Positions 44,689-56,600 of a stretch of 64,000 bases of DNA are shown here, one piece after another (the stretch's first letter is position 1; each line of letters starts with the position of its first letter). Under the pieces are notes generated by a model. That model saw only the letters and a list, made by a program, of their open reading frames with translations. It did not search any database and was not told the DNA's origin. The DNA lies in contig JBMNHG010000002.1 in the NCBI GenBank assembly GCA_050950285.1, forward strand, positions 568,654-632,653. The letters run 5' to 3'. Source of the DNA: Kiritimatiellia bacterium (lineage in GTDB: Bacteria; Verrucomicrobiota; Kiritimatiellia; RFP12; JBMNHG01). The position numbers and the translations under genes were made by a program.

Positions 44689-47600
44689 TTACATCGGGGG
44701 CTCTTCGCTGCTGGCCACCACCTTGAAGAAGCGGCATGGCGCCGATGCGTCGATGTCCTCGAAGACGAGGATGCCGTCCTTCACCGCTCGGACCTTCCGG
44801 ACCACCGTCCAGTCTCCGTCGAGCGCATCCGCCCAGCAGAGCGTGTACCAGGCGCCGCTCCTGGCATTGACGATCGTGATGTCGAGCGTATCGCCGCTGA
44901 TGACGAGCGCCGAGCCGTCCGGATCGAAGATCGGCTTTTCGGGCTCGGGCGGGATCGCCGTATCGAGGTAGTAGAGGGTGCCGATCTTCGGCTTGCCGGT
45001 GAAGGTGCCGCTTGTGCCGGAGAACATGGAGGTGTTCCAGACATACAAGCCCGTCGCATCCGCGCCCTCCGGGATGCCCCACGGTGTTCCGGGACCCTCG
45101 ATGTTCAGCCTGATGCCCGTGCAGCCGTAGAACATGCTGCGGTAGCAGCCTTCCGCCAGCGTCGTGGCCGGCAGCGCCGGCGGCCTTGACAGGCCCGTGC
45201 AGCCGCGGAACATGTGCTGGTAGCAGCCTTCCGCCAGTACCGTGGCCGGCAGTGCCGGTGCGGCCGACAGGACCGTGCAGTCGCGGAACATGTTCTGGCA
45301 GCAGTAATCGGCCAGCGTTGTCGCGTTCAGTGCCGGTGCCGACGCCAGTGCCGTGCAGCCGCGGAACATGGAGCTGTAGCAGCCCATCGCCAGCGCCGCG
45401 GCCGGCAACGACGGTGCCTGTGTCAGCGCCGTGCAGTCCTGGAACATGCTGCCGTAGCAGAAGTCGGCCAGCGCCGTGGCCGGCAGCGCGGGCGCCTGCG
45501 CCAGCGCCGTGCAACCCTCGAACATGGACTGGTAGCCGTAGTCGGCCAGCGCCGCGGCCGGCAGCACCGGCGCGGCGGCAAGTCCCGTGCAGCCCTTGAA
45601 CAGGCTGTGGTAGCAGCCCGCCGTCAGATTCGTGGACGGCAGCACCGGAGCGCTGACGAGCGCCGTGCAATCCTGGAACAGGCTCGCGAAACAGTAGCCG
45701 GCCATCGCCGGATGCCCGCCGTTGTCCACCGTCACGTAGTCGAGCAGGGTCTCGATGTTGCCGACGCAGGCGACCGTCCCGGCGGCGGCGATTGTCCAGC
45801 CGAGCTGGGCGGAGCCGGTGATGCGGCTGTTGCCCGTGCCGCAGAGGTAGAGGCGGTACTCGCCGGAGGCGTTGCCCGCCACCGCGCCGGCGGTGGTGAA
45901 GTCCACCCAGTTCGTCGCGTCGGTCGAGCAGTAGAGCGCCCCGTCCCACGAATTGGTCTGTGGTGTGATGGTGAAGGCGTTCCTGCTCGCGAAGGTGAGG
46001 TAGGTTTCCGAGAACGGGGGCACCGGCGTCTGGTTGTAGTAGTAGAGGGCGCCGATTTCCGGGTCGCCGGTGAAGGTGCCGCCCGTGCCCAAGAGCATGT
46101 CGGTGTTCCAGCCCGTCTCTTCCTGCGCGCCGTCGGGGATGCCCCAGGTCGGGGCGAGGCCTTCGGCGTGGAGCGCGATGCCCGTGCAGTCCTTGAACAT
46201 GGCTCCGTAGCAGCCATAGTCCAGCACCGTGGCCGGCAGTTCCGGCAGGCGCGTCAGCGCCGTGCAGCCCTCGAACATGTTCGCGTAGCAGTGGGTGGCC
46301 AGATTCGTCGCCGCCAGGGCCGGCGTCTGCGCCAGCCCCGTGCAGCCCTTGAACATGCTGTCGTAGCAGTGGCCGGCCAGCGTCCCGGCGGGAAGTGCCG
46401 GGGCCTGCGTCAGGTTCGTGCAGCCGGCGAACATCTGGTAGCAGCAGTAGCTGGCCAGGTTCGTGGCGGGCAGTTCCGGGGTCTGCGCCAGCGCCGTGCA
46501 GTCCTTGAACATGCCGAAGTAGCAGTGGGAGGCCAGCGTCTCGGCCGCCAGAACCGGCGCGTTCGTCAGCGCCGTGCAGCCCTCGAACATGTACCGGCAG
46601 CAGTAGCCGGCCAGATCCGTCGCCGCGAGCGCGGGAGCGGTGGTGAGACTTGTGCAGTCCTTGAACATGCCGTCGTAGCAGTAGGGGAACAGCGTCCCGG
46701 CGGGCAGCCCGGGTGCTTCCGTCAGCGCCGTGCAGCCGCGGAACATGTCGCGGTAGCACTCCTCGGCCAGCGTAGCGGCCGGCAGGGCGGGCGCGGACTC
46801 GAGGCTGGTGCAGCCCTCGAACATGGATGCGTAGCAACGGTTGGTCAGCGTCGTGGCCGGCAGCGCCGGGGCGCTGACGAGCCACGTCCAGTCCTTGAAG
46901 AGGTTGCCGAAGCAGTCGGCACCCATGGCCGGATGTGCGCCGCCCTCCACCGTCGGATAGTCGAGCAGCGTTTCGATGTTGCCTGAGCAGGCGACCGGCG
47001 CGGTGGCGTCGAGATCCCAGCCGAACATGAAAGAGCCGACACAGGTGTTGTTCGTGCCGCGGATGTGGAGGCGGTAGTCGCCGAATCCGCCGAGCGCCGC
47101 ATCCGCGCCGGTGGTGGTGAGCTCATGCCACTCCGCCGCGTCGGTGGAGTACTCAAGCCCGCCATCCCAGAACCAGGCCAGTGGCGTGATATTGAACGTG
47201 TTCGTGCTCGCGAACGTGAGGTACGCGGTCGAGACCGGGGGCGTGGCTGGCGTGTAGTAGTACGTGGCGCCGATCACCGGGTTGTCCGTGAAGGTGCCGC
47301 CGGTGCCGTCGAGCATAAGCTCGTTCCAGTCATCCGCTACGGCGATTGCCTCGGCGGGGATGCTCCATTCCATGCCGGAGCCCGCGGAGTACACCTTGAT
47401 GTCCGAGCAGCCGGCGAACATGTGGCGATAGCAGCTCGCGGTCAGGTTTGTGCCGGGCAGCGTCGGCAGCCTCGTCAGGCTCGTGCAATCGCGGAACATG
47501 GATTCGTAGCAGTAGTTGGCCAGCGTCATGGCCGGGAGTTCGGGCGTTTCCGTCAGGCCGGTGCAGCCGGAGAACATGATGCTGTAGCAACCCGTTGCCA

Positions 47601-50600
47601 GCGTCGCGGCCGACAGTTCGGGCGCCTCCGTCAGGCTCGTGCAGCCTTGGAACATGGCGTAGTAGCACCACTTGGCCAGCGTCGTAGCCGACAGCGCCGG
47701 CGCGTTCGTCAGCGCCGTGCAGCCTCGGAACATGGAGCCGTAGCAACTTTCGGCCAGCGTCGTGGCCGGCAGTTCCGGGGCTTCCCGCAGGCCCGTGCAG
47801 TCGTAGAACATGAGGCCGTAGCAGTCGACGGCCAGTGTCGTCGCCGACAGCTCGGGCGCCGCCGTCAGGCCGGTGCAGTCCCGGAACATGCCGCGGTAGC
47901 AGGAGTCGGCCAGCGTCGTCGCCGGCAGCTCGGGCGCCTCGGTCAAGCCGACGCAGCCCTGGAACATGCTGCGGTAGCAGGAGTCGGCCAGCGTCGTGGC
48001 CGGCAGTTCCGGCGCGCGGCTAAGCGCCGTGCAGCCGCTGAACAGTCTCGAGAAGCACCTGGCGGCCATCGCCGGGTGTTCGCCGTTGTCCACCGTCGCA
48101 TAGTCGAGCAGGGTTTCGATGTTGCCGGAGCAGGCGACCGTCCCCGTGGGGGCGTTGATGATCCAGGCGGACGTTACGTAGCCGTCGGAGATCTGCGTGT
48201 TGTTCGTCCCGCGGACGTGGAGCCGGAACTCGCCGGCGCCGTTGTCCGCCGCCGCCGCGCCGGCGTCGGTGAAGGCCGTCCAGTTCGCCGCGTCAGTCGA
48301 GCATTCGAGCGCTCCGTTCCACGATGGGGACAACGGCGTGACCGTGAAGGCGTTTGTGCTTGCGAAGGTGAGGTAGGCGGTCGACGGGGGCGTCGGTGGC
48401 GTGTAGAAGTACGTTTTGCCGATCTCCGGGTCGTCGGTGAAGGTGCCGCCGGTGCTGGCGAGCATGTTCGTGTTCCAGCCGGTGGCGGTCTGGACGTCGG
48501 GGATGCCCCAGGTCGGGGCGGTGCCCGTTTCGTGGAGCGTGATGCCTGTGCAGTCGGTGAACATGAACGCATAGCAGAAGGCTGCCAGCGTCGTGGCCGG
48601 CAGCTCGGGCAGTTGCGTCAAGCTCGTGCAGCCGCGGAACATGCTGTGGTAGCAGCCGGGGACGAGGGTCGTGGCCTGCAGCGCCGGCGCATTGGTCAGG
48701 CTTGTGCAGCCGGCGAACATGTATTGGTAGCAGGTGGCGCCCAGCGTGGTCGCCGGCAGTTCAGGCGCCGTCGCCAGCGCCGTGCAGTTGGTGAACATGC
48801 CCTTGTAGCAGGAGGAAGGCAGCGTCGTCGCCGGCAGCGCGGGCGCCTGCGCCAGCGAGGTGCAATCGCGGAACATCTCCTGGTAGCAGCCGCCGGCCAG
48901 CGTCGTGGCCGGCAGCACCGGCGCGTTCGTCAGCCCCGTGCAGCCGCGGAACATGCCGACGTAGCAGTTGTTGGCCAGATTCGTCGCCGCCAGTTCCGGC
49001 GCGCTCGCGAGCGCCGTGCAGTCCCTGAAGAGGTTCGCGAAGCAGTTGGCGGCCATCGCCGGATGTCCGCCGCCGTCCACCGTCGCGTAGTCGAGCAGCG
49101 TCTCGATGTTGCCGGAGCAGACGACCGTGGCTGGCGCGGCGTTGATTACCCAGTAGGCCAGATTGCCGCCGGAGATGAGGGTGTTGCTCGAGCCGCGGAA
49201 GTAGAGCCGGTATTCGCCGGAACCACTGTCCAGCGCCGCGGTTGCGCCGTCCCTGTCGAACGCGATCCAGTCCGTCGTGTTGGTGGAGTAGAAAAGATCT
49301 CCGTTCCACGACACCGCGCTCGGCGTGATCGTGAAGGTGTCCGCGCTCGAGAAGGTGAGGTAGGCGGTCGACGGGGGCGTCGGCGGCGTGTAGAAGTACG
49401 TTTTGCCGACCTCCGGGTCGCCGGTGAAGGTGCCGCCGGTGCCGTCGAGCATGTCGGCGTTCCAGCCGGTGGCGGCCTGGGCGTCGGGGATGCCCCAGGT
49501 CGGGGCGGTTCCCGTCTCGTGGAGCGTGATGCCTGTGCAGTCCTTGAACATGGAACCGTAGCAGCCGAAGGCCAGCGTTGTGGCCGGCAGTTCCGGCAGG
49601 CGCGTCAGACCCGTGCAGCCCTGGAACATGGAGCCGTAGCACCAGTCGGCCAGCGCCGTGGCCGACAGTGCCGGTGCATTCGTCAGGCCGGTGCAGCCAT
49701 GGAACATGGAGCCGTAGCAGCCTTGCGCCAGCGTCGTGGCCGACAAGGCCGGCGCCTGCGTCAGGCCCGTGCAGCCGGAGAACATGGATCCGTAGCACCA
49801 GGCGGCCAGCGTCGTGGCCTGCAAAGCCGGCGCCTGCGTCAGCCCCGTGCAGTTCTTGAACATGGATCCGTAGCATCGGTCGGCCAACGTTGCGGCCGGC
49901 AGTGCCGGTGCGTTCGTCAGGGCCGTGCAGCCCGCGAACATGTACTGGTAGCAGTTGGGCGCCAGCGTCGTGGCGGGCAGCGCCGGCGCGTCCGTCAGAC
50001 TCGTGCAGTCGTTGAACAGGTAGCTGTAGCCGTTTTTCGCCAGTGTTGCCGCAGGCAGCGCCGGTGCGTTCGTCAGAGCCGTGCAGCCGGAGAACATGGC
50101 GTAGTAGCATTTCTCGGCCAGATTCGTGGCCGGCAGTTCCGGCGCTTCCAGCAGGCCTGCGCAGTCGTAGAACATGAGGTCGTAGCAACCCTCGGCCAGC
50201 GTCGTGGCCGGCAGCTCGGGCGCCTCGGTCAAGCCGGTGCAGCCTTGGAACATGGCGCGGTAGCACTCCACGGTCAGATTCGTGGACGGCAGTTCCGGCG
50301 CGCGGCTGAGCGCCGTGCAACCGTTGAACAGGCGTGAGAAGCACTTGTTGGCCATGGCCGGGTGTTCACCGGCCTCCACGGTCGGGTAGTCGAGCAGGGT
50401 CTCGATGTTGCCGGAGCAGGCGACCGTCCCCGTGGGGGCGTTGATTCGCCAGGCGGACGTTGCGTAGCCGTCGGTGATCTGCGTGTTGTTCGTCCCGCGG
50501 ACGTGGAGCCGGAACTCGCCGGCGCCGTTGTCCGCCGCCGCCGCGCCGGCGTCGGTGAAGGCCGTCCAGTTCGCCGCGTCAGTCGAGCATTCGAGCGCTC

Positions 50601-53600
50601 CGTTCCACGATGGGGACAGCGGCGTGACCGTGAAGGCGTTTGTGCTTGCGAAGGTGAGGTAGGCGGTCGACGGGGGCGTCGGCGGCGTGTAGTAGTAGAT
50701 GTCGCCGGGCACCGGGTTGCCGGTGAAATCGCCGCCCGTGTTGGCGAGCATGCCGTTGTTCCAGCCCGTGGCGGTCTGGGCGTCGGGGATGCCCCAAGTC
50801 GGGTCTGTCCCGTTTTCATACAGCGTGACGCCCGTGCAGCCGTTGAACATGTACTGGTAGCAGTAGTTGGCCAGTTGCGTCGCCGGAAGCTCCGGCAGGC
50901 GCGTCAGGCCTGTGCAGCCGTTGAACATGCTCGCGTAGCAGTAGTTGGCCAGCGTCGTGGCCGGCAGGGCGGGCGCGTTCGTCAGCCCCGAGCAGTTGGA
51001 GAACATGTATTGGTAGCAGTTGGGTGCCAGCGTCGTGGCCGGCAGTGCCGGAGCTTGCTTCAGCCCCTGGCAGTTGGCGAACATGTACTGGCAGCAGTAG
51101 TTGGCCAGCGTCGTGGCCTGCAGATCAGGAGCCTGCGTCAGCCCCGAGCAGCCGTTGAACATGAGGCTGTAGCAGGAGCGGGCCAGCGTCGTGGCCGGCA
51201 GCGCCGGTGCGTTTGTCAGTCCCGTGCAGCCGGAGAACATGTACTGGTAGCACCTCTCGGCCAGATTCATGGACGGCAGTTCCGGCGTCTCGGTCAGACC
51301 CGTGCAGCCGCCGAACATGTAGAAGTAGCATCCCGTCGTGAGGTTCGTGGCCGGCAGCTCCGGTGCGCTGTTGAGCGCCTTGCAATACCTGAAGAGGTTC
51401 GCGAAGCACCAGTCGGCCATGGGCGGATGCCCGCCGGCCAGCACCACCGTGTAGTCGAGCAGGGTCTCTATATCGCCGGAGCAGGTGACCGCGCCGTCGG
51501 CGGCGGTGATCGTCCAGCTTTCCGCTTCCTTGGTGCCGGTGATGACGGTGTTGTTCGTCCCGCAGATGTAGAGCCGGTACTCGCCGGAGGCGTCGTCCAG
51601 CGCCGCGTCCGCGCCGGCGGTGGTGAACTCCACCCAGTCCGTCGCGTTGGTGGAGCATTCGAGCGTTCCGTTCCAAGTCTTTGCACCTGGTTTGACCTTG
51701 AACGTGTCCGAGCTGGAGAAGGTGATGTAGGCGCGCGGCGCCGGGGGCGGAGTGGTTTTCGGAGTAGCCGTCGTGTCCGCGTCGCTAACGGTCGCCTCGT
51801 AGCCCGCGCTGTCCGCCGTGAAGTGGTAGTAGGCATTGGGCAGCCAGAGGTAGAGCTTGCCGGCTTCGTCGGCAAAGAGGTCGTTGACGCCGTAGGCGCC
51901 GAGCGAACCGACCGCGATCGCCGCATTCGGCGTGAGGTTCGTCACCGTCACGCACCAGACGCGCTTCAAGTCGGCGTCGGTGGGATCGTTTGCCGCGTAG
52001 ACGCCGTCGATGCGGATCGAGCCGCCTGTGAAGGTGCTGGTGCCGGAGGGATCCGGCAGGTCGCCGACATCGCCATACATCACGTTGCCGAGACCGGGGC
52101 CGATGCCCGGGGCGCCGCCCGTGCCGCCAGTGGCGAAGACCGTGCCGCCGGAGACGGTCAGGGTCGCGCCTTCACTGCCAGCCACCTGCTGGCCGGTGCC
52201 GCCGCCGATGCCCGCCGCGCATTTGCCGCCGGTCGCGGAGACCCGGCCACCGGAGATGGTCACCGTGCCGCCCGAGCCGGCGATGCCGTCGTCGTTCTGG
52301 TCGTTGTTGCCGCCGCCGATGCCGGCGCCGTACTGGCCGCCGGTGGCGGTGACCGTGCCGCCGGTAATCTCAACCGTGCCGCCCGCGTCGCCGTCGCCGC
52401 CGCCGATGCCTGCGCTCCAATCGCCGCCGGTGGCTATGACCGTGCCGCCGCTGATGCTCACCGTGCCGCCAGCGCCGCCGGATGTCACACCGGCATAGCC
52501 GCCCGAGCCGATGCCCGCGCCCAGATTGCCGCCGTTGGCCGTGACGGTGCCGCCGGAGATCGACACCGTGCCGCCAGCGCCGCTCATGCCGCCGCCGATG
52601 CCGGCGGCGAAATACTCGCCGCCAGTGGCTGTCACGATGCCGCCGCTGATGATCACCGTGCCGCCGCCGCTGTCCGCGCCGCCGCCGATGCCCGCGCCGC
52701 TGTCCTCGCTCGTTGCCGTCAGTGCGCCCGCGTCGTCGCCGGGCGCGTTGGTGATGGAGAGCGTGCGTCCCGCCGCGACCTCGAGGCCTGCACGGTTCCT
52801 GCCGGAAGCGAATTCGTTCGTTCCCGCGAGAAGGAGCGAGACGCAGGCGTTCGTCTCCAGCGCGAAGGCGCACTGATTCTCGCCCATCGCCAGAAGCGTC
52901 AGGTTCGAGAGCGTGACCTCGTTCGTCACGCCCGCCGGAATGACGACTTGCACCTGGCCCTCCGTGTTGGTGCCGGAAATCGTGAAGGGCCCCGCTTCTG
53001 CGAGCGTGAGCGTGGGCATGACATACGTCCACCCCTCGCCGTTCGAGCCGGTGTCATAAAGCTCAACGCCGTTGACGGTCACGCCGACGGACACAGGCGC
53101 CGGGGGCGCTGATGTCTGGGTCGCGGTCGTGTCCGCGTCGCTGACGGTCGCCTCGTAATCCGCGCCGCCTGCCGTGAAGTCGTAGAAGTTGTTGGGCAGC
53201 CAGAAGTAGAGCTGGCCGGCCTCGTCGGCGTAGAGGTCGTTGACGCCGTAGGCACCGAGCGCTTCGACCGCGACTGCCGCATTTGGCGTGAGGTTCGTCA
53301 CCGTCACGCACCAGACGCGCTGCGAGTCGTCGGTGGGATCGTCCGCCGCGTAGCCGCCGAGAATGCGGATGGAGCCGCCGGTGAAGGTGCTGGTGCCGGA
53401 GACGTTGGGCGTCGTGCCGCCGCCATCCGCGTTGTCCACGCCACCTCCGATGCCCGGGCCGCCGTCCGCGCCGCCGGTGGCGAAGACCGTGCCGCCGGAG
53501 ACAGTCAGATCCGCGCCGTCGCCGCCTTCAACCGTCCAGCCGGAGCCGCCGCCGATGCCTGCGGCGTACCGGCCGCCGGTCGCCATGACCCGTCCGCCCG

Positions 53601-56600
53601 AGATCGCCACTGTGCCGCCCCAGCCGGCAGTAGAGCTGGTACTGTCATAAACGATGCCGCCGCCGATACCGGCCGCATAGTCGCCGCCGGTTGCGGAAAC
53701 CCCGCCACCGGTGATTGTCACCGTGCAGCCTTGGCCATCATAGCCACCGCCGATGCCCGCGCCGTCGAAGCCGCCCGTGGCCGTGACCGTGCCATCGGAG
53801 ATGTTCACTGTGCCACCACCGCCATAGTTGCCGCTGCCGATGCCTGCGGCATATCGGCCGCCGATTGCCGACACCGTGCCGCCGTTGATGGTCACCGTAC
53901 CACCCGAGTTGGTTTCGGCATTGGGAATGTCGTTGTAATTATAACCGCCGCCGATGCCCGCGCCGCCGTGGCCGCCCGTGGCCGTGAGCGCGCCGTCGTT
54001 GACGGTCACCGTGCGGCCGTTGGCATTATAGCCACCGCCGATGCCCGCGCCGCCAACGCCGCCCGTCGCCGTCACGACACCGCCGTTGACGGTCACCGTA
54101 CCGCCACCGCCGAAGGCGCCGCCGCCGATGCCGGCGCCGGCATAGCCGCCCGTGGCCGTGACCGCGCCGCCATTGACGGTCACCGTGCCGCCCGAGTCGG
54201 TATCCGCGTTGGGGATGTTGCTATAGTTATAACCGCCGCCGATGCCGGCACCGGCGTAGCCGCCTGCGGCCGTGACCGCGCCGCCATTGACGGTCACCGT
54301 GCCGCCGATACCATCGTAGCCGCCGCCGATGCCCGCGGCGCCACGGCCGCCCGTCACCGTCAGTGCGCCCGCATCGTCGCCGGGCGCGTTGGTGATGGAG
54401 AGCGTGCGTCCCGCCGCGACCTCGAGACCCGCGCGGCGGTAGCCCGAGGCGAGCGTGTTCGTTCCCGCAAGGAAGAGCGAGACGTTGGCGTCCGTCTCCA
54501 GCGCGAAGGCGCACTGGCCGTCACCCGTCGCCCGGAGCTTCAGGTTCGAGAGCGTGACGGTGTTCGTCACGTCTTCCGGGACGACGACGCGCACACCGCT
54601 GATCGTGTTGGTGCCCGAGAGCAGGAAGGGGCCTGCGCCCGAGATCGTGAGCGTGCGGGCAGTCCCATCATACACCCAGCCGGGGCCGGGGCCGAAGGCG
54701 ACGTCCTGGCCGTTGACCGTCACACCGGTTGGCCCGACACCGCCCTGGATCGTCACCGTGCATTCGCGTCCGTTCGCGGTGAAGGTGTAGGTGCCGTTCG
54801 GGAGCCAGAGGTAGATGCAACCGCTTTCATCGGCGAAGATGTCATGCACACCATACGCAAGCCCCGTGATCTCGACAAGCGCCCGGGGCTCGAAGCCGGA
54901 CACCACCGCGCAGAATACCGGCACCGAGCCGTTCGTGGGATCGGGACCGACAGACGAGCCGACAAGACAGATCGAGCCGCCGGTGAAGGTGTTCGCGCCG
55001 GCGTCCGTGCCGTTCACACCCTTTCCAATGTCCTGACCGCCCAGGTTGCCCTGCGCGAAGACCGTGCCGCCGGAGATGTTCACCGTGCCGCCGTCGCCTT
55101 CGTAGCCGCCGCCGATGCCCGCACCGTAGTCGCCCTGAGCGAAAACGATGCCGCCGGAAATCGCGACCGTGGCGCCTGTGCCATAGTCGCCGCCGCCGAT
55201 GCCCGCGCCACCGTAGGTGCCGGTTGCCGTGACGGTGCCGCCGGAAATCGCGACCGTGCCGCCGTTGCCATTCTCTCCGCCGCCGATGCCTGCGGCGCAC
55301 TCGCCACCGGTTGCCGCGACCGTGCCGCCGGAAATCGTGATCGTGCCGCCGTTGCCGCCGTTGCCGCCGCCGATGCCCGCGCCGCTGTCGCCGCCCGTAG
55401 CCGTCAGCGAGCCCGCATCGTCGCCCGGCGCGTTGGTGATGGAGAGCGTCCGCCCCGTCGCGACTTCGATGCCCGCGCGACCGGAGCCCGAGGCGAGCGC
55501 GTTCGCCCCCGCGAGGAGGAGCGACACGTTGGCGTTCTGCCCCAGTGCGAAGGCGCACTGACCGTCAGCGGGCGCCCGGAGCGTCAGGTTCGAGAGCGTA
55601 ACCGTAACCATGTTGGCGATGTTGTCCGGCACGGCAAAGCAAACGTCGCCCATCGTGTTGGCACCCGAGAGCGTGAAGGGACCCGCGCCCGTGAGCGAGA
55701 CCGTGCGTGTCGCCGCGTTGAAGCTCCATCCGGCGGAGGGATCCGCCGGGCCGAAGGCGGCCTCTTCGCCATTGACCGTCACGCCGGTAGCCCCGACGCC
55801 GTCCTTGATTGTCACCGTGCATTCGCGTCCGTTCGCCGTGAAGGCGTAGGTGCCGTTCGGGAGCCAGAGGTAGATGATGCCGTCATTGTCGGCATAAATG
55901 TCGTCCGTCCCATAGTAATCCGGCAGCGTGCCGGGATCCGTAAATTCGACCCGCTCGCCGGGCTCAAAGTCCGACACCATCACGCAAAAGACTTGTTCCG
56001 TGTTGTTCGAAGGCTGGAGGGAAACTCTCCCTGCGGCAAGCCGGATCGAGCCGCCAGTGAAGGTGTTCGCGCCGGCGTCCGTGCCGTTCGCACCCTTTCC
56101 AATGTCCTGACCGCCCCGGTTGCCCTGCGCGAAGACCGTGCCGCCGGAGATGTTCACCGTGCCGCCGTCGCCGTTGTAGCCGCCGCCGATGCCCGCACCG
56201 TAGTCGCCCTGAGCGAAAACGATGCCGCCGGAAATCGCGACCGTGCCGCCTGTGCCATAGTCGCCGCCGCCGATGCCCGCGCCGCCCCAGGTGCCGGTTG
56301 CGGTGACGGTGCCGCCGGAAATCGCGACCGTGCCGCCGCTGCCACCCTCTCCGCCGCCGATGCCCGCGGCGCAATCGCCACCGGTTGCCGTCAGCGCGCC
56401 CGCATCGTCGCCCGGAGCGTTGGTGATGGAGAGCGACGCGCCTGCCGGGACTTCTAGACCCGCCCGGTTCGATCCGGACTGCAGGAAGCTCTCCCCCGCG
56501 AGGGAGAGCGAAACGTTGGCGCCTGTCCCTAGCGCAAAGGCGCACTGGTCTTCGTCCGTCGCCTCGAGCGTCAGGTCAGAGAGCGTCACGTCGCACGTCA

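Noticed and set aside
44970..51750. Diversity-generating retroelement target
   Set aside because: There is no reverse transcriptase or avd gene and no non-coding template repeat, and the differences between repeats are not restricted to adenines.
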